Assembly: GCA_963776345.1 (NCBI GenBank)
Contig: CAVZMH010000013.1
Coordinates: 192,001 to 256,000, forward strand
DNA length: 64,000 nucleotides
DNA from: an uncultured delta proteobacterium
Lineage (GTDB): Bacteria; Myxococcota; Myxococcia; Myxococcales; Myxococcaceae
Direction: 5' to 3'
Positions within the stretch are counted from its first letter, which is position 1; every line of letters begins with the position of its first letter. The notes beneath the pieces were generated by a model. The model was not told the DNA's origin. It did not search any database and saw only the letters and a program-made list of their open reading frames with translations. Shown piece after piece: positions 41,214 through 53,492 of the stretch. A program made the translations under genes and the position numbers.

Positions 41214-41533
41214 TGGACGAGGCCCGCTACAACGGGCTCGTCGCCGGCCTGTGGAAGCGCATCCTCGCCGCGGTCGACCAGGTGGACCCCGACGTCCTCG
41301 ACTCCGTGGCCACCACCGACATGGTGACCCTGACCTCCGCCTCGGGCGAGAAGGTGGTCATCAACACCCAGCGCGCCGTCCGGCAGATCTGGGTCGCCGG
41401 GAAGGGCATGGGGCTCCACTTCTCGCTCGGCGACGACGGCCGCTGGATGGACGACAAGGGCAAGGGCATCGAGCTCCTCGGCTGGATCTCCGAGTGCGTG
41501 GCCGCGCTCACCGGCGAGCCGCTCCGGTACTGA
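41210..41533 (+). CDS. cyaY: Frataxin-like iron donor CyaY
   Basis: VVINTQRAVRQIWVA...G.HF frataxin signature; ATGA overlap with sixA. Confidence 0.88.
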   Translation: MMDEARYNGLVAGLWKRILAAVDQVDPDVLDSVATTDMVTLTSASGEKVVINTQRAVRQIWVAGKGMGLHFSLGDDGRWMDDKGKGIELLGWISECVAALTGEPLRY

Positions 41534-41612
41534 GCCCGATCGACCCGGCGCCCCTGCGCCGGTCCGCAGGCGTCCCCCTGGTGCGGGGGACTGAGCCCGA
41601 TCGACCCGGCGC
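41529..41612. repeat. 23-bp perfect direct repeat flanking two small hairpins
   Basis: ACTGAGCCCGATCGACCCGGCGC at 41529-41551 and 41590-41612. Confidence 0.85.
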
Positions 41613-42608
41613 TCAGGCGATGAAGAGCCGGCTCTTCCGGCGGCGTCCACCCGCGTCCGGGCCGCCGCCGGCCGCCATCAGCGTCCGTCCCCCGCCCTCG
41701 GCCCGCGCCTGGGCCAGGACGTCGGTCGCGTCCCGGAACAGCTTTCCGAAGCTCAGGTCTCCGGCGCCTTCGGTGGGCACGTGGGCCGACACGCCCGCCG
41801 ACGCCGTGAAGTAGGTTCGGTGAAGGCCGGTGAGCTTCTCCCGCAGACGCTCGGCCACCACCATCGCGCCGTCCGCCGGAGTGTGCGGCAGGAACACCAC
41901 CCAGCTCCCGGGATGAAAGGCGGACACGAGATCCGTCTCGCGGAGGTGCTCGGCCAGCGTCTCCTTTGCCGAGGCGAGGAGCTTCTCCAGATCCGTCGTC
42001 TCCATCTCCGGGATCCCGGTGGCGAACACGTCATACGCCACGACGACGAAGGCCACCGGATAGCGGTACCGCCGGGAGCGCTTCACCTCGCGCGCCAGCA
42101 GCGAACGGAACGCCCCGAAGTCCGCGGCCTGGGTGGGGCCTCCGCTCGGATCGGGCATCAGCACCGGCTCGTCGTCGGCGCCGGGGCTCACCCCCTCGTC
42201 CCCCTCGGGCAGCTCGGCCGCCCGCCGCACCAGCCGCGCCTTCCCCCGGAGCTCGGTCAGGGCGAGCACGTTGCGGACGCAGGAGAGCACGCTCCCCGCC
42301 TTCAGCGGGCCCTGGAGACACGCCTCGGCGCCGGCTCGCAGCGCCCGGCCATCGGGGTCTCCCTCCTCGGGCGCGTAGACCAGGATGACGGGGAAGTCCG
42401 GGTCACGTGCCTTCAGCGCCGCGCACAGCGCCTCGGCGTCGAACCGCTCGGACTCGGAGGCGATGAGGAGGTCCGCCCCGAAGCTGGTCACCGCTTCGAG
42501 GGTCTCGTCCTCGTCGCGCGCAGCGCGCACCTCGTACTTGCTCTCCAGGAATCCCCGGAGGGCCGCGGCGACCGCAGGGCTGGCATCGGCGACGACGATC
42601 CGGCTCAT
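41613..42608 (-). CDS. Pseudo-receiver plus degenerate GGDEF protein
   Basis: The REC-like N-terminus lacks the phospho-Asp (DLLIAS). In the GGDEF fold, RETD (I-site) is followed by HPGSW in place of GGDEF. Confidence 0.8.
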   Translation of the reverse strand: MSRIVVADASPAVAAALRGFLESKYEVRAARDEDETLEAVTSFGADLLIASESERFDAEALCAALKARDPDFPVILVYAPEEGDPDGRALRAGAEACLQGPLKAGSVLSCVRNVLALTELRGKARLVRRAAELPEGDEGVSPGADDEPVLMPDPSGGPTQAADFGAFRSLLAREVKRSRRYRYPVAFVVVAYDVFATGIPEMETTDLEKLLASAKETLAEHLRETDLVSAFHPGSWVVFLPHTPADGAMVVAERLREKLTGLHRTYFTASAGVSAHVPTEGAGDLSFGKLFRDATDVLAQARAEGGGRTLMAAGGGPDAGGRRRKSRLFIA

Positions 42609-42767
42609 GGCGGAGACCGAGTGGGTTGGTCGGATGATCGCGCCGTCATTCGCGGACGAGGTCAAGGAGCGAGGAGGGAGCGGGGCTCGGGTCCCGTGAC
42701 CGACGAATGACGCCGAGATCGGCCGCGAGGGCAAGCGAGGGCCGATCAACCCGCTCGGTTTCCGCCA

Positions 42768-43331
42768 TCAGACCTCCATCACCTCTTTCTCTTTCTTCGC
42801 GATGATCTGGTCCACCTGCGTCACGCCGCCGTCGGTCTCCTTCTGCACCCGCTCGCCGGCGCGCTTGTTCTCGTCCTCGGTGATCTTCTTGTCCTTGAGC
42901 AGCGCCTTCAGCTTCTCGTTCGCGTCGCGGCGCTCGTTGCGGATGGCGACCTTGTGGTCCTCGCCCTTGGTCTTCACCTGCTTGGCGATCTCCTTGCGCC
43001 GCTCCTCGGTGAGCGCGGGGATGGGCAGCCGGATGAGCTCGCCGTCGTTCATCGGGGTGAGGCCGAGGTTCGCCTCCCGGAGCGCCTTCTCCACGTCCTT
43101 CAAGAGGCTCTTCTCCCAGGGCTTCACGGTGATCAGACGCGGCTCGGGGACGGCCAGGCTGGCCACGCCGGCCAGCGGGGTGGGCGTGCCGTAGTAGTTG
43201 ACCCGCACGCCCTCGAGCAGGCTGAGCGAGGCCCGGCCAGTGCGGATCTTCGCCAGCTCGCGCTTGAGGTCCTCCAGCGCCCGGTCGATGCGCCCCTTGA
43301 GGTCCTTCACCACGTCGTCCGTCACTGCCAT
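42768..43331 (-). CDS. frr: Ribosome recycling factor
   Basis: IRTGRAS, V.YYG.PTPL, P.LTEERRKE and RNERRDAN. Confidence 0.97.
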   Translation of the reverse strand: MAVTDDVVKDLKGRIDRALEDLKRELAKIRTGRASLSLLEGVRVNYYGTPTPLAGVASLAVPEPRLITVKPWEKSLLKDVEKALREANLGLTPMNDGELIRLPIPALTEERRKEIAKQVKTKGEDHKVAIRNERRDANEKLKALLKDKKITEDENKRAGERVQKETDGGVTQVDQIIAKKEKEVMEV

Positions 43332-43355
43332 GTGCTGCCCTCCTGCGAGGCGTCC

Positions 43356-44102
43356 TTACGCCCAGGTCGTCTCCGCCGCCCCCACCAGCGTGCCCAGCTC
43401 ACCGGAACCGGTGACCGCCCGCCAGATGTTCCCGTTCGCGGTGAGGTCGAAGACGACGATGGGCAGCTCGTTGTCCATGCAGAGCGAGATGGACGTCGAG
43501 TCCATCACGTGCAGGTTCTGCCGGAGCACGTCCATGTAGGTCAACGTCCGGTAGCGGCGCGCCGAGGCGTTCTTCTTGGGGTCCGAGTCGTAGACCCCAT
43601 CCACCTTGGTGGCCTTGAAGATGACCTCGGCGCCGATCTCCATCGCCCGGAGCGAGGCCGCGGTGTCGGTGGTGAAGAACGGGTTCCCGGTCCCGGCGGC
43701 GAAGATGACCACCCGGCCCTTCTCCAGATGGCGCACCGCGCGCCGGCGGATGTACGGCTCGGAGATCTGCTCCATCTTGATCGCCGACTGGACGCGGGTG
43801 AAGACGCCGTGCTTCTCCAGCGCGTCCTGCAGCGCCATGGCGTTGATCACCGTGGCCAGCATCCCCATGTAGTCGGCGTTGGCGCGGTCCATCCCCGCGG
43901 TGGAGGCGGAAACGCCGCGGAAGATGTTGCCTCCGCCGATCACCACGGCGATCTGCACCCCCGCCTTGACCACCTCGCCGATCTCGACAGCGATGCGCTG
44001 GAGCGTCGGGGGATGGATGCCGTACTTCCCGTCCCCCATCAGGGCCTCGCCCGACAGCTTCAGGAGGATGCGGCGGTACCGTAGGGAGGAGGGCGCGGTC
44101 AC
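43356..44102 (-). CDS. pyrH: Uridylate kinase
   Basis: [25 protein letters not shown] and GNPFFTTD. Confidence 0.97.
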   Translation of the reverse strand: MTAPSSLRYRRILLKLSGEALMGDGKYGIHPPTLQRIAVEIGEVVKAGVQIAVVIGGGNIFRGVSASTAGMDRANADYMGMLATVINAMALQDALEKHGVFTRVQSAIKMEQISEPYIRRRAVRHLEKGRVVIFAAGTGNPFFTTDTAASLRAMEIGAEVIFKATKVDGVYDSDPKKNASARRYRTLTYMDVLRQNLHVMDSTSISLCMDNELPIVVFDLTANGNIWRAVTGSGELGTLVGAAETTWA

Positions 44103-44148
44103 GTACGATCGCTTCTACCCCGCGCCCGGCGGGGGCAGCAATCGGAGC

Positions 44149-44799
44149 TTACTGCCCGAGCGTCTTGGCGACCTCGGCGGCGAGGTCTTCCTTCCTCTTC
44201 TCGATGCCCTCGCCCACCTGGTACCGGGTGAAGCGGCGGATGGAGATGTTCTCGCCGATCTTGGCGATGGCCGCCGTGACCACCTCGTGGACCTTCTTCT
44301 TGTCGTCCTTCACGAAGGGCTGGTCCAAGAGGCACACGGTCTCGAAGTACTTCTCGATCTTCCCGGTGAGGATCTTCTCGATCATCGCCTCGGGCTTCTT
44401 CTGCTCCCGGAGCTTGACCCGCTCGATCTCCTTCTCCTTCTCCAGCACCGCGGCGGGGATCTCCTCGCGCCGGACGTACTGGGGGTTGAGCGCGGCGACG
44501 TGGAGGGCGATGTCCCGCACCAGGGTCTGGAAGTCCTCGTTCCGGGCCACGAAGTCGGTCTCGCAGTTCACCTCGACCAGCACGCCCACCTTGCCGTTGT
44601 GGACGTAGGCGCCCACCAGGCCCTCGGCGGCGGTGCGGCCGGCCTTCTTCGCCGCGCCGGTGATGCCCTTCTTCCGCAGCCACTCCTCGGCCTTGGCGAA
44701 GTCGCCGGCGTTCTCTGCCAGCGCCTTCTTGCAGTCCATCATCCCCGCCCCGGTCTTCTCCCGGAGCTCCTTCACCATCGCGGCAGACACCTCGGCCAT
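44149..44799 (-). CDS. tsf: Elongation factor Ts (short form)
   Basis: [19 protein letters not shown] and [10 protein letters not shown]. Confidence 0.97.
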   Translation of the reverse strand: MAEVSAAMVKELREKTGAGMMDCKKALAENAGDFAKAEEWLRKKGITGAAKKAGRTAAEGLVGAYVHNGKVGVLVEVNCETDFVARNEDFQTLVRDIALHVAALNPQYVRREEIPAAVLEKEKEIERVKLREQKKPEAMIEKILTGKIEKYFETVCLLDQPFVKDDKKKVHEVVTAAIAKIGENISIRRFTRYQVGEGIEKRKEDLAAEVAKTLGQ

Positions 44800-44933
44800 C
44801 GCTCGTTCTCCAGCTGTGGGCCGACCGGCCGCGGGCCTCGGGAGGAGGCCCCGGCGACGGCTCGGCCGGATTTCGTTCTCGTCAGGGGCCGGAGCGGCCG
44901 GTCAGCGCCGGTGCTCCGCTCCGGTTCCGGGTG

Positions 44934-45923
44934 CTACTCGGCCGCGGGGGGCTCGCCTTGGGAGGGCTGCTCACCCTCGGTTGCCGGGCTGGCCTCGGGA
45001 GCGGCCTCCACCGGCGCCACCGTCTGGCCCTTGATCTCCACGGTGGGGCCACGGCGCTCGCCGCCCATCGGCATGCCCCGCGGGCCGCGGTCTCGATCCG
45101 GACGGCGGCCGAAGCGGCGCTCCTCGCGCCCGGGGATCCGGTCGGCCTGCTGGCTGTCCTGCTCGTCACGCTCGCTGGCGCCCGAGGCCCGGTAGCGGGC
45201 CGAGCCCTCGATGCAGGCGTCGGCGATCTTCGAGGTGAAGAGCTTGATGGAGCGGATGGCGTCGTCGTTCCCCGGGATGACGAAGTCGATCCCGTCCGGG
45301 TCGCAGTTGGTGTCCACCACCCCGATGACCGGGATGCCCAGGCGGCTCGCCTCGTGGACCGCGATGTGCTCCTTCTTCGGGTCGACCACGAAGACGCAGC
45401 CCGGCAGCCGGCTCATGTCCTTCACCCCGCCCAGGTTGCGCTCGAGCTTCTCGCGCTCACGGTCCAGGGAGGCGACCTCCTTCTTCGGAAGCCGGTCGTA
45501 GGTGCCGTCCTCGGCCATCTTCTCCAGGGTCTTCAGCCGGTCGATGCCCTGCTTGATGGTGCGGAAGTTGGTGAGCGTGCCGCCGAGCCAGCGGCTGGTG
45601 ACGAAGAACTGCGAGGCGCGGGCGGCCTCCTCGCGGATGACGTCCTGGGCCTGCTTCTTGGTGCCCACGAAGAGCACGCTCGAGCCGCGGGCGGTGACGT
45701 CGGCCACGAAGCGGAAGGCCGCGCGGGCGAGGGCCACCGTCTTCTGGAGGTCGATGATGTAGATGCCGTTGCGGGCGCCGAAGATGTACGGCTTCATCTT
45801 CGGGTTCCAGCGCTTGGTCTGGTGGCCGAAGTGAACGCCGGCCTCCAGGAGCTGCTTCATGGTGATGCCGCCCGGGGCGGCCATCGGCTGTGGTTGCGAC
45901 TCGACGTTTTCCTGGGTGTCCAA
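44934..45923 (-). CDS. rpsB: 30S ribosomal protein S2
   Basis: [26 protein letters not shown] and [10 protein letters not shown]; probable TTG start after an AAGGA RBS. Confidence 0.96.
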   Translation of the reverse strand: MDTQENVESQPQPMAAPGGITMKQLLEAGVHFGHQTKRWNPKMKPYIFGARNGIYIIDLQKTVALARAAFRFVADVTARGSSVLFVGTKKQAQDVIREEAARASQFFVTSRWLGGTLTNFRTIKQGIDRLKTLEKMAEDGTYDRLPKKEVASLDREREKLERNLGGVKDMSRLPGCVFVVDPKKEHIAVHEASRLGIPVIGVVDTNCDPDGIDFVIPGNDDAIRSIKLFTSKIADACIEGSARYRASGASERDEQDSQQADRIPGREERRFGRRPDRDRGPRGMPMGGERRGPTVEIKGQTVAPVEAAPEASPATEGEQPSQGEPPAAE

Positions 45924-45939
45924 ATCGATTCCTTCTTCC

Positions 45940-46045
45940 GCGTTGGTTGTGGTCCGCCACGCGCCGTCAACGGAGCGGCCCCACCCCGGGAGCGAACCTC
46001 TCGCCCCGGGGCACCTGGGACCGACCTCGAGCACGTGTGTGAGGT
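45940..46045 (-). ncRNA. rpsB 5' leader (t44-like autoregulatory RNA)
   Basis: The minus strand reads CACACACGT...GGTGCC(hairpin)...GCGTGGCGG..ACAACC, resembling the conserved S2 leader. Confidence 0.7.
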
Positions 46046-46399
46046 GGTACGACGATGCTGCTCTAACCCCCGGGAAAGGCTCACGCCCTACCCGGAGCAG
46101 GGCTGATAACACTGCCGCGGGAGCAGCGGCAAGCCGGGGCCCGACGGGCACCCGGAGCGCTCCGGCACGCCTTCCTCCCGCCGAGAACGTCTATCTCGAG
46201 GGGTCGCCTAGCACCCCCCTGGATTCCCCTCATTCACGAAGATGAGCACTGCCAGGATCAGCGCGTGATGGCGCCAGAGGAAAGCCGCGACCGTCCGAAC
46301 CATGGTGGTCCCCTGTGAGGTGTCGGCGCTCCTTGGCCGACACTAGGGTCAGAAGGGACCACAAGTGGGCATGCCCGCGCAAGCCCCCTCGCTGGGGCG

Positions 46400-47578
46400 T
46401 CAGGCGCCGGGGTCGCCAGCGGCCGAGCGGACTGGAACCGGAAGTGGCCCGATCACCATGTTCCTGCCCGACGCCTTTGCAGCGTAGAGACGCTCGTCGG
46501 CGCTCTTCAGGACCGAGTCGAAGTCCTGGCCGTCCGCCGGCCAGCTCGCGATTCCGGCGCTGACGGTGACGCCCTTCCCGTCCTTGTCGAGCACGTGCTC
46601 GATGGCAGCGCGCAGGGCCTCGACGCGGCGGGCGGCGAGCTGCACGTCGAGCCGCGGAAAGGCGACCACGAACTCCTCGCCGCCGTACCGCGCGAGCAGG
46701 TCGGTCGTGCGGATACCGAGCTTGAGCTGCTCGGCGACCTGCACCAGCGCGCGATCGCCCTCCGGATGCCCGAAGCGCCGGTTGTACTCGTGGAACTCGT
46801 CGACGTCGAAGATGGCCACGCTGAGGGTCGTGCGGGCCAGGTCCGCGCGCGCGAGCTCTTCGTCGATTCGCTCGAGGAAGGGCCGTCGCTGGAGCAGTCC
46901 GGTGAGCTGGTCGGTCCCGACCATGAGCCGGAGGTAGCGCGCCCAGCGTGCCACCGCGACCGCCGCCACACCGTTTCCAATCAGCACCACCAGGCGGTTG
47001 GCGAACTGGACGGGGACGAAGCTCCCCATCTGCACGCTCTGGAAATCGAAGAGGTCGTACCGCAGGGCCGCGTAGGCGGTCACCCCCAGGTAGCCAGCGA
47101 CGGACAGCGCGGCGGTGAATGCGGAGAGCCGCCAGTCGAAGCGGAGAGCCGAGATCGTGACCGCGACGAAGTACGTCTCGAACGTGACCCGGTTGTTGAT
47201 CGCCGCGATGGGCATCTTCATCGCGACCAGCAGCACCAGGACGGCCGTGGCGCAGAGAACGTCCAGTGCGCTGGTGAACCACGGGAGCCACGCACCGGTG
47301 ACTCTCTTCGGGATCAGGAACAGCGCGAGCCCGTAGGCCAGGATGGCCACGCTCATCGCCAGGGTCTTCCCCTGGAGCTGGCCCATCCAGGAGAGGACGA
47401 TCGTGTTCGTCGCGACGAGGAGCGCGATGATCGCGAGGCGGACCGTGGCGAGCAGTCGCTCGCTGCTCTGCCTTGCGCGCACCAGTGCGGGATCGGCCTC
47501 GACGGTGAGCGCCGCCTTGAGCTTCTCGACGATGTTGGCCGGGGCGGGCAGAGCGGAGCGATGTTGCCAGAGCCCCAT
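46400..47578 (-). CDS. Membrane-bound diguanylate cyclase (start uncertain, 47578-47632)
   Basis: About six TM helices, D.LTGL, R..D I-site, RYGGEEF and AD..LY.AK..GRN. Confidence 0.88.
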   Translation of the reverse strand: MGLWQHRSALPAPANIVEKLKAALTVEADPALVRARQSSERLLATVRLAIIALLVATNTIVLSWMGQLQGKTLAMSVAILAYGLALFLIPKRVTGAWLPWFTSALDVLCATAVLVLLVAMKMPIAAINNRVTFETYFVAVTISALRFDWRLSAFTAALSVAGYLGVTAYAALRYDLFDFQSVQMGSFVPVQFANRLVVLIGNGVAAVAVARWARYLRLMVGTDQLTGLLQRRPFLERIDEELARADLARTTLSVAIFDVDEFHEYNRRFGHPEGDRALVQVAEQLKLGIRTTDLLARYGGEEFVVAFPRLDVQLAARRVEALRAAIEHVLDKDGKGVTVSAGIASWPADGQDFDSVLKSADERLYAAKASGRNMVIGPLPVPVRSAAGDPGA

Positions 47579-47826
47579 TGCGCGCGCGCTCGGCTCTTTT
47601 GTGCGCGCGACTCGCCCACTGTGGGGCAACATCCGCGTCTCTGGATGTGGGTGGGCGTAGTTTCCGGATGCACTGAAAATCCGGAATCTTCCAGGGCCGG
47701 GCGATCTCTGCGGCGCCGCATCGCGCCAAGGGGCGACAGGACACGACAGGCGCGTCGCGTCCCGAGGGGCCGCGCTGACCCGTCGCTCAATTCATGTCAG
47801 GAAGTTCAGCTGTCCAGCGAGGCGCT

Positions 47827-50634
<2,808 letters not shown>

Positions 50635-50792
50635 TGACGTTCCAGTGCGGATGTAACCAGCCAGGCGGCGCTGCCAAGGCCCCCGGGGGCGCTCGCCGGC
50701 AGAAAGGAAACACCTCCTCTAGCGGAGCCTTCCCCGGGATGCCAGCCGCGGACCGTGGCCGGCCGTTCCAGGGGTGTGACAGAACCGCCTGG

Positions 50793-51509
50793 ATGGGCGC
50801 GATGGTCGACGAGACGATGGTGGAGGCGGTGCTGGCGCTGAATCCGTGGGTGCGGAGCCGGCCCGAGGAGGAGCGCTTCCCGGCGGCGCTGCGGGCGCTG
50901 GTGGAGGCCGAGGCCTGTCGCCGCGGCGCCCCGGATCCGGTGACCGGCGCCTTTCATCTCTCCGCGCTCACCCAGGGCTCGCTCCTCAGGCCCGAGTACG
51001 ACCTCTCGGTGCACGCCCACACCGGCTGGACGGCGGGGGCGGTCATCGCCGACGTGAAGGAGATGATTCACGTCAACCAGGAGGCCGGGTTCGCGGTGGG
51101 CGACCGGTTCCTCCGCACCGTCGCCTCGGCGCTGGCCGGCGCCTTCCCTGGCGCGCCGGTGGTCCGGGTGCACACCGACTGCTTCGCCGCGCTCCTGGTG
51201 CCCTCCTCGGGCCTGGTGCTCGCCCCCTCGCATGTCGGCGCCGCCGCCGGGGCGCTCCGGGACGCCGCGGACGCGTTCCGGGCCCGCGAGGGTGCGCCGC
51301 GCACGGGTCCCGGGTTCACCGTCTCGGCGCTGCGGCTCCGCATCGTGGACCCGTCGCACTGGCAGGTCCTCGGACCGCTCCTCTGGGCGGAGATCGAGCG
51401 GGCCCACGTGCTCGCCCGCCGGGGGCTGGTCATCGAGGGCCAGATCCAGGAGCGCGAGCTCCAGCTGGACGGACGCGTCCCGGCGGGGGCGACTACTCCT
51501 CGAGGATGA
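50793..51509 (+). CDS. Protein with degenerate GGDEF-like (nucleotidyl-cyclase) fold
   Basis: DPVTGA, then AVIADVKEMIHVNQEAGFAVGDRFLRTVA...VVRVHTDCF, which aligns by eye to D.D.FK.VND..GH..GD..L...R.GGDEF. Confidence 0.65.
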   Translation: MGAMVDETMVEAVLALNPWVRSRPEEERFPAALRALVEAEACRRGAPDPVTGAFHLSALTQGSLLRPEYDLSVHAHTGWTAGAVIADVKEMIHVNQEAGFAVGDRFLRTVASALAGAFPGAPVVRVHTDCFAALLVPSSGLVLAPSHVGAAAGALRDAADAFRAREGAPRTGPGFTVSALRLRIVDPSHWQVLGPLLWAEIERAHVLARRGLVIEGQIQERELQLDGRVPAGATTPRG

Positions 51510-52416
51510 ACTTCCGCGGGTTCTCGGGAATCCCGTTCACCCGCACCTCGTAGTGCAGGTGGGGCCCGGTGGAGCGGCCGGTGTTGCCCACCGCGCCCAC
51601 CAGCTGCCCACGCTTGACCCGGTCGCCGGTCTTCACCTCGAGCTTGCTCAGGTGGCCGAAGCGGGTCTTCACCCCGTACCCGTGGTCGATGACCAGGACG
51701 TTCCCGTACCCACCTTCGAGGCCGGCGAAGATGACGCTGCCGTCCGACGGCGCCACCACCTCCTTGCCGTGAGGTGCGGCGATGTCGAGACCTTCATGCA
51801 TCACGCGCTCAGCCGTATACGGGTCGAGACGCTGCCCGAAGTCCGAGGTGACCCATCCACGGGCCGGCCACACCGAGGGGGTCGAGGCCAGCCGGCTCTT
51901 CTGGTCCAGGAAGTACGACTGAAGTTCCTGAAGGCTCTTTTCTTGCCGGGTTGCGGACTCGCTCAGCTTGTCCAGCCTGGAGGGGAGGTTCCGGGGAGTC
52001 TCGCTGGCTGACCCGGGACGGGTGAACTCGGTCTCGGCGCTGGGGGTCGGGGTGACACCGGGCTCACCCGCCGTGGGGCCGAGCGCGAGATTGCGCTGGG
52101 GGTCCGAGAGCAGGGTCACCGCCCGGAGCTTCTGGTCGAAGCGCTCCACCCGCTCGAGCGTCGCCCCGATGTGCTCCATCCGCTCGCGGATGCTCTTCAG
52201 CTGGGTCCGGAGCGTGAGGTTCTCGTCGCGGAGGACCCGGTTCTCCGAGGCCTCCCGCACGAGGGCGAAGTAGTGCACCACCGCGGCGAGCAGCAGCAGC
52301 CCGGCCGCGCCGGCGCCCAGCGCCGCGTGCCGCAGGAGGCTCTTCTCGAGCTGGAAGCGGCGAACCGGCGCGTCATGGTCCGGAACGACGATCAGCGTGA
52401 GGGTCTTCTTGGCCAA
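51493..52416 (-). CDS. M23 family metallopeptidase with TM helix and coiled coil
   Basis: HEGLD, GYGN.L.IDHG, GHL and GNTGRSTGPHLHYE; start is TTG 52416 or ATG 52434. Confidence 0.9.
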   Translation of the reverse strand: MAKKTLTLIVVPDHDAPVRRFQLEKSLLRHAALGAGAAGLLLLAAVVHYFALVREASENRVLRDENLTLRTQLKSIRERMEHIGATLERVERFDQKLRAVTLLSDPQRNLALGPTAGEPGVTPTPSAETEFTRPGSASETPRNLPSRLDKLSESATRQEKSLQELQSYFLDQKSRLASTPSVWPARGWVTSDFGQRLDPYTAERVMHEGLDIAAPHGKEVVAPSDGSVIFAGLEGGYGNVLVIDHGYGVKTRFGHLSKLEVKTGDRVKRGQLVGAVGNTGRSTGPHLHYEVRVNGIPENPRKFILEE

Positions 52417-52586
52417 CGGTGGGGTCGCTCCCATGACAGCGCGTCGCCTGGCAGTCCAGGTACCCAAGCAAGCCGTATTCCAGCATGCTTGCCCCCCATC
52501 CGTCCGGGGCGCGCCTCCTAGTCCGGCAGAACTGACGGGGTCAAGGAAGCAGAGCTGCCTGCCTACACCCCTGTTGCGCGCCCCAC

Positions 52587-53426
52587 CTACACCGATGCGT
52601 GCTCACCGGTCTGGGCGATCTCGGGACTGGCGGTGGACTCCGCCTGCACCTGGACGGCGATGACGGTGATGTTGTCATCCCCGCCGCGCTCGTTGGCCAG
52701 GTCGATCAGGCGCTGGGGCACCTCGGCGAGCGGGACGTGGCGCACCACCTGGAGGATCTCCGGGTCCTCCACCATGTTGGCCATCCCGTCCGAGCAGAGG
52801 ATGAAGACGTCTCCCGGCTCGCAGAGCAGCCCCATGACGTCGACCTGGACGTCCTCCTCGAAGCCCACCGAGCGGGTGATGATGTTCTTGTAGCGGGAGT
52901 GCTTCGCCTCCTCGGGAGTGATCATCCCCGCCTTGATCTGCTCGTTGACCAGGCTGTGGTCCTCGCTGATCTGCTGGATGAGGTCACCGCGGACGAGGTA
53001 GGCCCGGCTGTCGCCCACGTGGGCGAAGAACGCCTGGTCGTCCTTCATCAGGAGGGAGATGACCGTGGTGCCCATCCCGGCCAGCCGCGGATCCTCCTGG
53101 GCCTTGCTGTAGATGGCGATGCAGGCCCGCTCGACGGCGGCGCGGATCGCCTCGGGCACGGGCGAGTCCTGGAGCGCCGTGCGCGCCCCCAGCGTCGAGC
53201 CCTGCGTGGCGCGCGCCTGCCGGAGCTCCCGGTCGATGGTCTCCACCGCGATGCGCGACGCCGTGCCGCCCCCGGCATGGCCGCCCATGCCGTCGGCGAC
53301 CACGAACAGCTTCAGATCCTCGTCGATCAGGAAGCTGTCCTCGTTGTGGTCGCGCTTCTTGCCCACATCGGTCAGCCCAGTGGAGACGATCTTCAACCGG
53401 ACCGGGGGTGGCTCGGGTGGGGGCAC
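52587..53426 (-). CDS. PP2C-type Ser/Thr protein phosphatase
   Basis: NEDS, VADGMGGH, GMGTT, HVGDSRAY, CSDG and GG.DNIT. Confidence 0.93.
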   Translation of the reverse strand: MPPPEPPPVRLKIVSTGLTDVGKKRDHNEDSFLIDEDLKLFVVADGMGGHAGGGTASRIAVETIDRELRQARATQGSTLGARTALQDSPVPEAIRAAVERACIAIYSKAQEDPRLAGMGTTVISLLMKDDQAFFAHVGDSRAYLVRGDLIQQISEDHSLVNEQIKAGMITPEEAKHSRYKNIITRSVGFEEDVQVDVMGLLCEPGDVFILCSDGMANMVEDPEILQVVRHVPLAEVPQRLIDLANERGGDDNITVIAVQVQAESTASPEIAQTGEHASV

Positions 53427-53492
53427 GCTGACCGAGGATGGTACAGGCGGCGCTCCAGGGCGGGCAAGGAGAGTGCGACGCGCCGGCGACTC

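Noticed and set aside
41529..41612. Mini CRISPR array (23-bp repeats, 38-bp spacer)
   Set aside because: Only two repeats, the spacer itself is structured, and there is no leader or cas gene in the window.
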